Shown one piece after another: positions 27,560 through 42,266 of a stretch of DNA of 64,000 nt (its first letter is position 1; each line of letters begins with the position of its first letter). The notes beneath the pieces are model-generated. The model was given only the letters and a program-made list of their open reading frames with translations. It searched no databases and was not told the origin of the DNA. Location of the stretch: positions 59,582,001 through 59,646,000 of the forward strand of contig OX597822.1 of assembly GCA_951406725.2 (NCBI GenBank), read 5' to 3'. The DNA is from Octopus vulgaris (Eukaryota). Position numbers and translations under genes: made by a program.

Positions 27560-28130
27560 AATAAGCATGGCATGGAATAACTACCAGTAAGCTTTTTAAC
27601 AATGATTCCTACCTTTAGATTTTGAACAACAATAGCCACGAGTCGGGTAGAACTGATATCATGAATAAATAATAAACAATTCTACAGAAACCAAGAAGAA
27701 TAGAAGGAATTATGAAAACTAATATCAGCTCTACTAGAAGCGAAGTATTCGAAAAGGAATCCTTCTTTCAACTCCTCTTCTGCTGGTGTTAACACCTTCA
27801 ATCATCATGTTCAAATGGAGGGCTATTGGGGGTGGGGGTGGATAATCAAACATTTTTTTTTTTTGTGTATGGAAGACTTAAAGTTGTAAATTGCAAATAC
27901 TAAACAACTAAAAACACTACGACAGACAGTATAAGGATGTACTATAGAAATTGATATGAAGTTCGATTTATAAAAATGCATTCAGGCAAACTCGAAAATG
28001 GGAAAATAATCTAAGTATACTAATAACACATTAAGTAAAGAAACAGAATTTCGTGAAAGGGTGTCAATGAGCAAGAGAGAAAATATTCAAATAGACAAAA
28101 GTTAGAAAAATGGTTAGATTGATACTTAAA
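27560..28130 (+). mobile_element. Decayed Dong/R4 RT fragment
   Basis: MAWNNYQ*AF, VFEKESFFQLLFC, CMEDLKL remnants in the expected order. Confidence 0.6.
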
Positions 28131-28149
28131 AGAGAAATAAATATGACAC

Positions 28150-28420
28150 AACACAGGTGATGAGAGGAGGGGAGGTGAGTGAATTGAGAGTGGCTGAATG
28201 GAGGTAGGAGACCAGCCAGCACTGAGGTTTAGCAGAGTCCGTTTTGGTCGCAGTGGAAAAGGCAGTCAGAGGAGACATGTCTGAGGGCCAGAGATGTGTG
28301 CGTGCAAATGAGAGATTTTATGCCAATCAGTTAAATATATCCTTTCTCCGAATGCGGTCAAGAATTCTGTGTGCGCAGTATCAACACAGTTTCACATATT
28401 GTTTTGCTTTTTCGAGGAGC
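28150..28420 (-). mobile_element. Decayed CR1/L2-like LINE 3' fragment
   Basis: Resembles 45650-45880. Confidence 0.35.
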
Positions 28421-29272
28421 TGAGGGGTTCTCAACATGTCACTCAGGTATTTTACCGTTTATGTTTAAGCGTCTATCGGCCTGTAATTGATTGTACTTCT
28501 CAGTAAACGATTCACCTAGTTCTCTGCAAACGCTGTCATCACAGGGATTTTATATAATGCTTCATATGTTTACTTTTGAACAGGGGTAAATATCAGTACA
28601 GATGTTTTTGAGTTACATTTCTTGGTTCTAATGTTCTTTTTGTTATTGCTGTTGCTATTTTTTCTCAGATAGTGTATTTTTTCGTGGTACTTTTGATAGT
28701 GGTGGCTATGATGATAGTGTTGGTGGCCTTACTTCCTTTCTTCGTCTTTTCACTGACATTCTCAATTTTTGCTGTTACTCTTGTCATGGTTAATAATATG
28801 TTTTCTCTCTGCCGTTTTAGTATTTTCTTCTTTATGTCGTTGCTGTCGCTGTTGTCGGTATTGCTTCTGTTGTTGTTAGCAGTGGTCGCTTTGCTACCTT
28901 CGTCGCCGTTCTTGTTGTTTTTACTGTTTTTCCCCCCATTCACTGCTGTGTTTCACCATAGTATTACTGCTATTAAGAGCTTTAGCAATTACACATTTCT
29001 TATTACATTTTCTTTTGAAAAATCTTTGGATAAAATAACTTTTACGCTTTGGTGAGTAAATCTATTTCCAAGGCCAACGGCAGATTTAAATTACCGATAC
29101 CACGGTTATAATGGCTGTTTCAGCAGTCAAACTTGTTGACATACGTTAAATGCGAGACGACTGAGATAAATAACCGTGCTTCCGGAACTCAGTGTAGACT
29201 TTGACGAGTTTAAACACTCTTTCAGTGTTCATAAGAGAAGGTTATGGAAACCAGTGTAAATTTCGGAGCGAC

Positions 29273-29461
29273 TGTATTTCGTCTGCCGTTATGTTCTGAG
29301 TTCAAATTCTGCCGAGGTCGACTTTGCCTTTCATCCTTTCGAGGTCGATGAATTAAGTACCAGTTACACATTGGGGTCAATATAATCGACTTAATCCGTT
29401 TGTCTGTCCTTGTTTGTCCCCTCTATGTTTAGCCCCTTGTGGGTAGTAAAGAAATAGGTAT
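29273..29461 (+). mobile_element. SINE family A, tail type 1, 5'-truncated
   Basis: B-box, core and CTTGTTTGTCCCCTCTATGTTTAG tail. Confidence 0.85.
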
Positions 29462-31012
29462 TAATGCGATCGGAGAAATTTGGAGAGGGTGCTTTCGTTA
29501 TTTGCCATAGGGGCAACATATGACAGGACATTACAAGGAAAAAGTTGGAAAAGTTAGAAAAACGGCTTACGTGTAATCGATTAAGCAAAAAAATAAATAG
29601 CGGTCATGACAAATAAAAGTATAAACAAAAAATGAAACAAGAGGGCCCGATTCAGGAAGGAACCACATAAAGCCAATCAAGGAATCGTTGCAGATGTAAA
29701 GTTACTCTTACTGTTCAAGTCAAGCTCCTTCTCGCATTTATATTCTCTCGCTTATAGGCTCATGCTGAGACAGCTGTCTCTCTTCACCTTCAAGCAAACG
29801 AAACAATGAGAAAGCTTCTACGTGGACGCCCAACCTGTTAGAAATAGCAGCCATATCTCTCTCAAATCGTACCTTAAGTTATATAAAAAAAGACGTTGAA
29901 TAACCGGGAAAAATACGTATTAGTCACAGCTAGAATATTTTTGATTACAGGTTTACCTGTACAAGGCTAGCCGAAGGTTAAATAACTGCAACAAGAACAA
30001 TATTTTAACTGATTTACTGAAAAGCACCATTTTCGTCGTCATCCTTACTTTCGTCTACGACTGTAATTTGTCAATTTTCAATCTGTATATATCATGATTT
30101 TAGACTGCTATAATTCTCATGGCGTATGAGCAACCATTTGATTTTCAATATATCGCAATATGAAAGCAAAAAGAGCAAAACCACAGCTATAGTAGCATTT
30201 GACGGAAAAGGCGATGGAAAGAAGGGAGGAGTGGTAGCTCATTGATCATTTCTGATCATTAATGCAAACACTGTAACTTAGCTGGAAGAATTCGGTGGCT
30301 GTGGTTAGTTACTGAAAAAAGTTACTAACGAGACCTACAAGCTGTCATATCTAGCCGGAGGTAGAGGTAGAGATTCTCCTAGAAAACCACTTCCACTCGT
30401 AAGCTCTAACAAACAGTGATGCAATGTAAGACAAGGGTCAGTAGCTAAAACGATTCATTAAAATATCGACCTATCTTCGAGCAAAATGGACATCGTGTTT
30501 TGAAAGCACACAACAGAGTAAACTCTGTTTAAAACAAACAGCGGCCAAATGGTAAAGATTAAACCGAACGGTCAATAGTCTCTCAATCATTTATTGCTTT
30601 TATGCGTCATGCGGTAGTTTAACAAATGTTGCCACCATGAGTAATGCATAAAATGCATGTTATTGATCTCTGCGCGTTGTTTGTAAGAATATGTACAAAT
30701 ATATCATCTCTGTGCATTTTTAGTTCTTTAGTTTGTTTTAAATATGGCAAGGGCCATGCTAGAAAACTGTTTCTCCAGATCTCAAGATGACAGTTACATC
30801 GTCCCATCGATAACGGTCACAACTACCCCAACCTCGTCCTACAAACTAGATGCGCAGATCTGAAATCTCTACCGAACCATCTAATTAATAACATGCGGTG
30901 TGTATGAGAGGCAGAGTATATTCTGTATTCTTTAATATATAGAAGTACACACACACACTCAAACATGCAGACACATACACATACATCATACATACATACA
31001 TACATACATACA

Positions 31013-31048
<36 letters not shown>

Positions 31049-31189
31049 TATGAATGTATGTCATTATTCAGTTTATTTCAAGATTTCTTGCCAATACAGA
31101 AAGAGCCAGTTTCTAACCTAGTTTCAGGGCTCTTTCATATGTATGGAAGTATGTATATATTATATATACACATATAAACACACACACAC

Positions 31190-31283
<94 letters not shown>

Positions 31284-32047
31284 ATGCGTGTGGGTGTATT
31301 GCATGTGGGTATTCAAAAGATAAGATGTAACTAAATAAACATTCTTAAATCAAATCAAATGTGCATTCTTCTTTAACCAGCGGCTGTTAAAGATTTGTCT
31401 CGCATCTTCACTGCGGCAAAGATTCCTCACTGCGCCAGGAATCTCTGCTCTCCTTTCGCTTTGGAGGAAGATCCCCACTTTGTTGTATGTGTCTGAGGAA
31501 ACACACGCAGACACACACACACACACAGACATACACACCCACGCACACGCACACACATACACACAAATACGCATACACACATTAACACGTACATTTACAC
31601 ACAAATTCTATTACAAAATCAAAATGATGGTAACGGTAAATGAACAAGTCTATGTTATTAGAGTAATAGTATATTTTATTCTTTCTTTCATCTCTTTATG
31701 TCATGTAAACATACACGCTACACACGCATACAATACAACACACACACACACGCACAGATGGACAGACCCCCCCCCATATATATACATGTATATGTATGTA
31801 TGTATCTATGTAGGTATGTATCTTTGTATGTATATATTTCATAATCTTTTACTGATTAAAAATATTTCGCAGGTTACACAATGCTTAGAGTTTCGTTTCA
31901 AAGTACCAATCTACTCAAGAGAAATTCATTTTAAAGTCTGATAAGTGCTTTGAAACGAAAAGTAACTACTATGGCATTCTCAGCTGAGAATGTTGAGTTT
32001 TTGTCCGTTCTTAAAAACGAAAGGTGTGTGTATGTATGTATACATAA

Positions 32048-32094
<47 letters not shown>

Positions 32095-32112
32095 TAATGT
32101 ACACACACTCGC

Positions 32113-32144
<32 letters not shown>

Positions 32145-32177
32145 TTGTATGTATATATATATATATATATATATACA

Positions 32178-32210
<33 letters not shown>

Positions 32211-32374
32211 GTATATATATATATATGATATACATATATATATACATATACATATACATATATACACGTACACACACATATTTACAAGGTTTACTAAGAC
32301 ACAAACACATACATGTATATATATACATGTATGTATATACGTACATGATGTGTGTGTATATGAGTGTATGTGTG

Positions 32375-32410
<36 letters not shown>

Positions 32411-32669
32411 TGTGTGCGTGTGTGTGTTTGTGTGTGCACATATACATACATAGAAACAAAGATGTATCTGTATCCTGCCTTATAGCAGAAGTTTCGTATA
32501 CATTTCACAGAAAATATATTTCTGCACTTTCAGCAAAATAGCAATTATTTTGTTTTTCCATTAGAATATTTGATAGCAAGTTAGTGTGACGTCTCACAGA
32601 TTAAGCAGTGTCTTTTGTTTTTGTAGCTTTTCATTAGAACAAAAAATTATACAATGTCTTGGCGAGAAT

Positions 32670-33041
32670 AATAGAAGGAAGACGGCAGCCTATCAGGCAC
32701 TAGCGAAACTAAGACATTGAATGAATCGATAAGAAAATGTCTTACTATCTTAGTATCTCTAAGTTATGCGTCTGATAAAAAGAAATTACAAACAGAAGAG
32801 ATCGAGCGCGCCTTTGTCCACAAACTGTCTGAGATATCTCTTCTACATCGATTGTAATAGAAGGAAGATGGAAGCTTATAAGGCACTAGCGAAACTAAGA
32901 CATTGAATGAATCGATAAGAAAATGTCTTACTATCTTGCCTCTCTTAGATATGTGTCTGACAAAGACGAAACTGCAAACAGAAGAGATCGAGCGCGCCTT
33001 TGTCCACAAACTGTCTGAGATATCTCTTCTACATCGATTGT
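32670..33041. repeat. Tandem duplication of a 186-bp unit
   Basis: 32670-32855 and 32856-33041 align end to end. Confidence 0.92.
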
Positions 33042-33391
33042 AGGCGGAAATGATTCTGCTAAATGATGTGCGTAAAGCTTGACAATCTGCTGTTATTTAA
33101 AGCAGCTTTCAGCAAATGTACTGTACTGTTTGCTGTTCTAATTTAAGAACTATTTGTCCTTTTCGAGCAGCGTAACAAACATTTGGTATTTGTGGCTTAT
33201 GACGCGTAATAACGCCGAAACGCATACATCCTATGAGCTACTGACGTCATTTATATCCCAATGTGCTTTCAGACGTTTTCTAGGAGGAGAATATTTCCAC
33301 AGCGAAAGGTTTTCTCACGTCCAAGTGTAGTTGATATGACTACGCTAATGACTTTACGCATATATACACAAGATATGACTTAATACATGTT

Positions 33392-33393
<2 letters not shown>

Positions 33394-33423
<30 letters not shown>

Positions 33424-33471
33424 TGTATGTATGTATGTATGTATGTATGTATGTATGTATGTATGTATGAG

Positions 33472-33546
<75 letters not shown>

Positions 33547-33603
33547 GTCTGTCTGTCTGTTTATTTCTCTCTCTCTCTATCTATCTAACCGTATATATGT
33601 GTA

Positions 33604-33669
<66 letters not shown>

Positions 33670-33700
33670 TTGTGTGTGAGTGTGTGTGTGTGTGTATTTA
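33394..33700. repeat. Compound microsatellite (TATG)n(TCTA)n(TA)n(TG)n
   Basis: Directly visible. Similar compound tracts at 30945-31300 and 32025-32450. Confidence 0.95.
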
Positions 33701-34238
33701 ATGTAAGTGCGTGTGTTTGTTTGTCCCTCCTACCATCCTTTGACAATCGGTGTTGTTTTATTTATGTTCCTGTAAACCAGGGGTTCGGTAAAAGAGAACG
33801 ATAGAAAATAGTACCAGAATTAAAATAAGCGTTGGACACGATTTTTTCAACTGATCCCGCAAGGTGATGCACCAGAATAGCTGCTGTTCAATCTCTCTCT
33901 CTGTGTCTGTCTTTCTCTGTCTCTCTGTCTCTTTCTCTCCCTTTCACTCTCAAATGTGTGACAGATTGTTCTCAGCTCTCCTTCGTTACTGTAGCTGACA
34001 AGCTACCAACACTTACAGCGGATTCTAGGTTTTACCATGTTTCTATTTTTGTTGTGTTGAAAAGTCCACATATTGGTGACCCACCTTGAATGTGCATAGG
34101 TTATAAATGTTTAACGAATGTAGTTAATGTTACCATTCTAACCTGCTAATTAAGAAACTATATAAATAACTTCCAAAATACCATCAGACCTAGTTATACA
34201 ACTTTAAATTGTTTAACTTTATTACCAATGTCTCATCA

Positions 34239-35732
34239 CGTGGTCTGATCAATAAGTATCCGGACTGTTACCATAGTAACGAAGCTAAAGCACACAGAGT
34301 AAAACCACTTGGCGCAGATTGACCCTGAACTCTACTGTGCATGCGCACTAAGTTTTAACGTTCTAGTTCACTTCCGCTGTTTACAGTAGTGCTTTGAAGT
34401 GACGTGTGTAGCGTATGTTCATCGGATTGACCATGACGGAGAAAGTTGAGCAGAGAATCTGCATCAAATTTTGCCAAATGCTTCGTGATAGCTGCTCAGA
34501 GGCCTACGCAAAGTTTTCAAAAACTTTTCATCGTTCTCGACACAGTCAAGGAGATTTTGTGCAACTGAAATTCGAGTGTCTTTTTGGTCAGCTGAAGTAT
34601 TGGGTTGTTCGGAAAGTTTCGTGCCGATTTTTAAAGGAAAGAAAAAGGTCAATAAATACTTGCCATTACATTTTTAATCAACCAAATATGAACCCTTTTG
34701 TTGCACAATACGTCTCCATCTTTTCCTGAACTTGAAAATACCCTCTTCCCAGAATTGAGGTGGTTTCATGGCAAAGAATTCATCAAGGTATTTTTTTACG
34801 TCATCCAAGGAATTGAAATGTTTACCATTAAGACTATTCTGCACAGACCTGAATAAGTGGAAATCCAAAGGAGCAATATCTGGTGAATACGGAGGGTGGG
34901 GTAACACATCCCAGACGAGCTGCAACAATTTTTGTCTGGTTTCCAAAGCATCAAGTGCCGAAAATGAACTTTCTTATCTTCCATTTTAAAGGGTTACAGA
35001 ATTAACACAGGTTATAGGAACGTAAACCTTCTTCCACGAAAAGATAGCTTAAATTGTGCTCTAAATGGAGGTGTAGTCAAATCCTATTTTATGGACTCAA
35101 CCATGTTCTAAAATAAGTCGAAAGGTAAGCTACTATAAATCGGCACGAACTTTTCCGGACAACCCAATAGTTTTGACACAAACTTGGCAAACATACGTCT
35201 CATACTCAAATCTCCAGTGATAATGGACTGAACTGAACTGTAACTAATCTGCACATCCTCTGATAACCCACGGATGGGAATTCGACGATTTCCCCTTCTC
35301 AGCTGCACGCACATCTCCGACATGTTTCTCAGTTCTGCTGGTTGCGAGTCTCCCAGAACGTTCGTCATTATCGACATTTTTTGGTCATCTTGGCAGCGTT
35401 TTAACTTATCGTACACTTGTATACTGCTCACAAACCCCTCTCCATACACTTTCTGCAACTTTGCGTAGGCCTCTGAGCAGGTATCGCCAAGCTTTTGAAA
35501 AGATTCGATGCAGATTCTCTGCTCAAATTTCTGTCATTGTCGATGCGACGGTCACACGCTATACACGTTAATTACAAGAACTGCTGTAAACAACGGAAGT
35601 GAGCTAGAATGTTAAAACTTAGTGCACATGCACAGCAGAAATAGGGGGTCAATCTGCGCCAAGCGGCTTCACTCTGCATGCTTTAGCTTCGTTACTATGG
35701 CAACAGTCCGGATACTTATTGATCAGACATCG
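34239..35732 (-). mobile_element. Second copy of the long-inverted-arm mariner derivative, interrupted by a nested mariner
   Basis: Arms ~34239-34516 and ~35457-35732. Same internal junction as 164-1055. Confidence 0.9.
34600..35167 (-). mobile_element. Internally deleted mariner nested at a TA
   Basis: TA|TTGGGTTGTTCGGAAAGTTTCGTGCCGATTT ... AAATCGGCACGAACTTTTCCGGACAACCCAA|TA. MEDKKVHFRHLMLW joined to the HPPYSPDIAPLDFHLF C-terminus. Host sequence resumes exactly. Confidence 0.93.
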
Positions 35733-35934
35733 TATACTCACTTATTCACAATGGAAAACATGTATCCTAGATATACAAATATAATCTAGTTTTCCATGGT
35801 AACTACTTAGATAGTTATTAGCATAATCAACGTAAAGAACCTGTATATTTCGAAATAGTTTTCCGTAAATATTCTCCTTCTCATTGGTTTTGAAAGAAAT
35901 TTCACATCTGCTAGCGGCTAACCTATATAAGTGT

Positions 35935-35936
<2 letters not shown>

Positions 35937-36030
<94 letters not shown>
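35937..36030. repeat. (CA)n microsatellite
   Basis: Directly visible. Confidence 0.95.
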
Positions 36031-36032
<2 letters not shown>

Positions 36033-36874
36033 ACATACACGTACACAAACACGCACACGCACGCACGCACGTATATATATGTTCCTTATCTGTCCCAAAG
36101 AACTATATCACGTCTGTTATGTTTGCTTGTCGGAAGCATTGATGGGAATTCATGTGTTGAAAGGCACATACTGAACAACAGATATTTTCTCTATTTACTC
36201 AAGGTAGTCTTTCTTATGTGTGGTACGGTAAATTATTCTAGTAACATCATTCAACTTTGGAAGGTAGCACTTGAATGACATTTTTGGATAGGTGCTAATC
36301 ACGTGCAATATATTACATAAAATTGTGTTACATTTGACACTTTAAGGGCTTCAGTATCATTTAGCCGGTGTTTCTGAAGCTATCTTGTGGATTGTAAACG
36401 CCTAGCTTTCGAAATTCAATGTAATGTAACAATCACATGCCCAGATCAGGCTATACTTTATTTCAATGCTAGCAACAAGCTCAAATTTACTGGAAATACC
36501 TATACAACTCTTTTGTTTGGTATGTAGAGTGTTAGAGCTGTGCCGATTTATGCCAGTTCAACAATTCTGGGGTCGCATGGTAAGTCATAGGGAAGAGAAT
36601 ACTACGCAAGGAATCCGCTTCTGTCTCATTATTTTGTTCTTCTCATTTCAGCACTTGATTTGCATATTTTTCATTTTTGGTGCTGCTGTTGTGTAGGAGG
36701 TAAGGCACGAAAAGTATATCTGGGATAATCTAAAGTCTGTTTTTCTGTGTTTTCTTCGAAAAATGAGCCATTGTCTCTGTAGAAATTTCTAGTTGATAGG
36801 ATCTTGTGAGTTTTAAAATCTAGGAATAGATTTACTCTATTATAAATATCGTTACTATCACTATACCACAAGTA

Positions 36875-37775
<901 letters not shown>

Positions 37776-38689
37776 TATATGTGGAGCATTGATTTCTTGT
37801 AAGAAAAAGATCTGACTATCATATTTTAAAATATTGTTTAGTTGGTCTTTCTTTGTTCACAGCGCATTTTTATCTGATCAATTTCCTCAAAATTATATTT
37901 TTTCATAAATTCTGCACAATATTATTGGTACATTTTATGGATTTGTTAAAGTAATTGTAGGACGTAAAGTTGTTCCTTTTAAAAAGCATTGTTTGTAAGA
38001 AACTTACCTGCTTTCGAAAACTCTGTAACATAGATAGTTGATAAAACAGAAAAATTGAGGATGCATTCCATTAAAGTGCACATCCTGGATAATAACAGGA
38101 TGACAGTAAACAGATACAATTTACAGAAGATATAACTATTATCTTTTGATCAGCTTATTTGAAGTAAAACCCCAGGGAAAAGGAAAAAGGTTAGAAAAAA
38201 ATTATTTGCACACGGATCACGAAAGATGTATAATTTCTCTGTAAATACTTTCAGAAGGAATATAATTTTAGAAAAGTATGTTATTTCAAATCAGTTATAA
38301 AGTTTATAATTTCTTTTATTCTAGATATTTTGTTTGCAATTGCTTTTCCATATATTTTTTTACTGTTGCTATTTAACCGTTATTATCTGTATTTTTTTTT
38401 TACTTCAGTAAATTTAATTTCTAGATAAAAAAAAAAATTTTCTTTGTGTTATTTCTTTCCATGAAATTGATTCACATCGCATTTATGAATATTCTAATAT
38501 TTCACACAACTCACAACTAACCACAGTGATTATACGTCAATTTCGAGAAATGATTCTTTTTTTTTTTTTTTTTTCTTGAAAAGCCGTTCTACAGAGAACA
38601 AACCACTAACTGCTATGTCGGTCTTACAACACTAACTTTCGAACACGACATTCTGCAATAATTTCAGGAGTCGTATTTCTTATTATGTT

Positions 38690-38951
38690 GTTGCTCATAA
38701 GGATCGGTTTTCCGGTTCCATTGGCGTATACGTATAGGTTCCACACGTGGACGGGACGCCGGTCCGTCTCAGGTGAACTGCTAGATGCAGGAGGAAAGAC
38801 TAAGAGAAAGTTGTGGGGAAAAAGTCATCAGAAGTTCGCCATTACCTTCTGCTGGAGCTGCGTGGAGCTTAGGCGTCTCGCTCATAAACACACACATCGC
38901 CCGATCTGAGATTCGAACCTGCGATACCTCGACCATTGGGCCATGAGCCTC
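38690..38951 (-). mobile_element. tRNA-derived SINE with V-domain-like 3' part
   Basis: Reverse strand GGTTCGAATC B-box and GACGGACCGGCGTCCCGTCCA. Related copy at 46730-46950 (+). Confidence 0.65.
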
Positions 38952-40137
38952 CACATTTCTTATTATATGCATTTCTAATTATATTCATATTTAGATTCGA
39001 ACCATTCGATTCTGAATTGTCACCGAAGAATCTCTCCATTTAGCAAGTAAATGGAGTGATTAAAATGCTATAGTTATTCATATGGCGAGTGAAATATCAA
39101 AAGTATATTTCTGTTATAAGAAGCTGTACCATAGTATTTTACTCTTCACGAATGTTGCTAGTCTTTTGTATGTTTTAAGATATTATTCGTGGTGTGCATT
39201 CATGGGATAAGGGACTCAAACTACTTGATAGGAATTTATGATCTGATAGTGGTTCCACATGCTTAAATAAACATTAATACAAAAAAGAAAGTTTTTGTCG
39301 GCGTTTCTTATTATGAACACAAAACACACTCTTTGCATGATCAGAGGTCGCATACAGACTTATCCAAAGACTACGTATAGACGAAAATGTAAATGTAACT
39401 TCCTTACGGAGTAAATTTTGGCGCTGCCGCGATATTTGTTAGTATGTAGAGAAGCGGACTCGAAAACTGAAACTCATCTATAACAATATTGAACAAATAC
39501 TAGCACATAACCATTACGACATCGTTGGCATCCCGCTAAGCACTACCAGATTAAAATACACTCAGAATAAATGCTAAACCTCTAGCCTCATTAAACCCGG
39601 CTATGTTCCAATACTTTATTGTTTTAACACCCATGTATTATGTTAATGTTAGACTACTTTAGCATAATTTAAATAATATGACAAACACTGCGAATATAGT
39701 TAGTAAATGGTAGTAACTGATGTGAAAACTGTTATTGAGAAATGGTACGATAGTGCTAGTTGCAGGGCGCGCTTACACAAGTCTTTATCTCTAAATTGCA
39801 TGTCTCGGAGAACCTAAACAAGACATTTACAACTTATAGAAATGCAGGTTTAGTTTCAAACATATCTATCTCATGAGATGAGTGTTCAGAAAAAGAAACT
39901 AGTCATATATTCATTTCTATGTGTAGATTAACAAATGAAAGATGTTTTGTGTAACTCTCAAAAGCATTAATAGTAGAAATAAAATTCCATTGCATACTCC
40001 GGACAAACAGAGCCATACAAAGAGGATGTGAAGCTTTTAATGTTTCTAATTTTTACTTGTGTTTTGAAATCGCAATTCACACATTCACTTTCGCATTTAG
40101 CCGACGTGTCTGTGAATGTATATCAATATACATACAT

Positions 40138-40692
40138 GGTGGCTGCCCCCTCGTTATCGAATATGGTCATTGCACGAAGCTTAATCAATGTTGTTATCGT
40201 GCATTGCCTGTGCAAGAAGATTTTTTTTGAAGCGAGGAAAGGCTGTGCACAGAGTCAATCCCACACACTAAGCAACAGCAGCCATAATCCGAAAAGAAGA
40301 ACAAGTCAACATCATTGGTAACCACTGAGCCGCAGATTTTATGTCGGAGTTATCCCAGTTACCTGAGGTACCTTCTCCCAGAAGGATGCCCTAACAAAGG
40401 CTAGGAGTCCTTCACTCCCAATGGTTTAACCGCGCGATCGGATATTCAGTCCGATTATTTCTATGTCCCCGCGCATGATACAGCCTTAAAACATTTATTG
40501 GAATGCCGTTGACCCTCAAGAGTTCCTTCGCCCTTTGACGGGTTTTGTTTTTCATCCCGCAGGGTGTCCAATAAACACCCTCCTCACCAAGCAAGCTTGG
40601 TGGGGTTGCCGGTTTAGTCGCCGACGACCCAACCATGCAACAGGTTGTACTGGGTTACATGTTACCAGTAGCACTCGAAAGTGACCTGAGAC
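40138..40692 (-). mobile_element. Non-autonomous element built from RTE 5'-UTR-like sequence
   Basis: 40505-40645 aligns with the RTE 5' UTR at 58385-58527. GGCATCCTTCTGGGAGAAGG motif, no ORF. Confidence 0.65.
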
Positions 40693-42040
40693 ATAATACA
40701 TACATACATACATACATACATACATACATACATACATACATACATACATACGAATGTACATACGTGTATGTATGTATGTATGTATGTATGTATGTATGTA
40801 TAATGTACTTTTTATATCCATCTTGACATGGATGCCTTGTTAGAACACCGAATACTTAGTTATTAGTCTTAAGAGATCGTCTAATATAGGCGCTTGGGAC
40901 ATATGTAGTAGCGGACGAAATTCGCCCGTCATGGACGCCGGAATTCCTATATCATGTGATTTCGGTCTACTCCACTTCCGTAGTAGGAAGCACCCTTCAC
41001 TGCATTCCAGCAAATATCGCTGCTACGATAGAGTTTCCGCATCTTTTCAGATGCAAATAGCCAGCAGACTCATTAAAGATTATTTATTAGCGACGGAAGT
41101 AGTATTAATACGTAAAAGGTACTCTCTATATCCAACTTAACAAGGATGTCTTGGTAGAGCACCGAATACTGCGTTATTAGCCTTGAGAGATCCTCTTATG
41201 TAGGGTTTTTCTTTCTGTCTGTTAGTCTGTTTCCCTCTTTCTCTCTTATACACACACTCTGACTCTCTCTGACTCTCTCTCTCTCTCTCTGCCAAACAAT
41301 GATTACGATTCAACAATGAAAGACAAAATACAACAAAGCATAAACAAATTTCAGGCCACAGACATCGTGGCAAAGTTTGAGAGCCGAAGATTTTAACCGC
41401 ACAGCCATGCGTGTACACATATTGCCTAGTTTGTCATCTATTTCCGCTACCCCCAGGCTCCGCAAAATATAATGCAAACAAGTGGCTTAATGCCATTTTG
41501 AAATATCAGTCTGTGCGTTATCTACAGTTACGCGAGTGTGACATTTGGAACCCGACATTACGCAAAATTTCCTTAATTGCAAATATATCAGTTTTTTGAG
41601 TGACAGATGTGTTCTTGAGAGCGGAAAGTTACGAAATAATCAAGAATGTATTTATAAATTTAGATAACTTTAAATGATAGCTATGAAGGAAATGGAAAGA
41701 CCTCTTGATCGGTTAGATTTCAGTATTGACCGATTTAGCTTGCGAGTCCAGATGTTTCATTATTTGTGAGTTTCATTATTTGTGATATAAAATAAAGGAA
41801 ACATGCCACATTCATAGAATGAGTAGCAGCAGGGCTCTGAGAGTTAATTAGCTGCTGTGAATTACATCTGCATGTACTTCGTAAACGGTTAGAAATTACT
41901 AACGTATTTTCTGACTCGAAATAAGAAATCCTTCTGAGAACCAATTTAGTCTATATTTTCCATGAATTGTTATCAATCATTTTTGCATACAAATTCGTAA
42001 AATTCGTGAAGACACTTGTATCCTACATATATATTGTTCA

Positions 42041-42266
42041 AGGCGAGCTGGTAGAAACGTTAGCACGCTGGGCGAAATTCGGAGCAGTATTTCGTCTGTC
42101 GTTACGTTCCGAGTTCAAATTCCGCCGAGGTCGACTTTGCCTTTCATCCTTTCGGGGTCGATAAATTAAGTACCAGTTACGCACTGGGGTCGATGTAATC
42201 GACTTAATCCCTTTGTCTGTCCTTGTTTGTCCCCTCTATGTTTAGTCCCTTGTGGGTAGTAAAGAA
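42041..42266 (+). mobile_element. SINE family A, tail type 1, with 14-bp TSD
   Basis: TSD ATATATATTGTTCA at 42027-42040 and 42267-42280. Confidence 0.92.

Noticed and set aside
28665-29055. 127-aa hydrophobic ORF and its antisense ORF
   Set aside because: Decayed GTT/GCT/CTT low-complexity sequence with no domain features.
31931-32541. Many overlapping ORFs rich in YIYI, HTHT, CVCV or MYVC (also near 817-1187, 17749-18088, 35742-36278, 53696-54019, 58385-58954)
   Set aside because: Translations of stop-free microsatellites, not proteins.
34017-34142. 126-nt minus-strand exon-like segment with good splice sites
   Set aside because: Stops in all three frames, so at best non-coding.
36527-36700. 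Plus-strand donor/acceptor pair around a ~72-bp intron-like gap
   Set aside because: Resulting peptide is unrecognisable and such site pairs are common by chance.
40140-40155. 15-bp identity TGGCTGCCCCCTCGT with the PLE ORF near 55254
   Set aside because: Does not extend, and a match this short can arise by chance in 64 kb.
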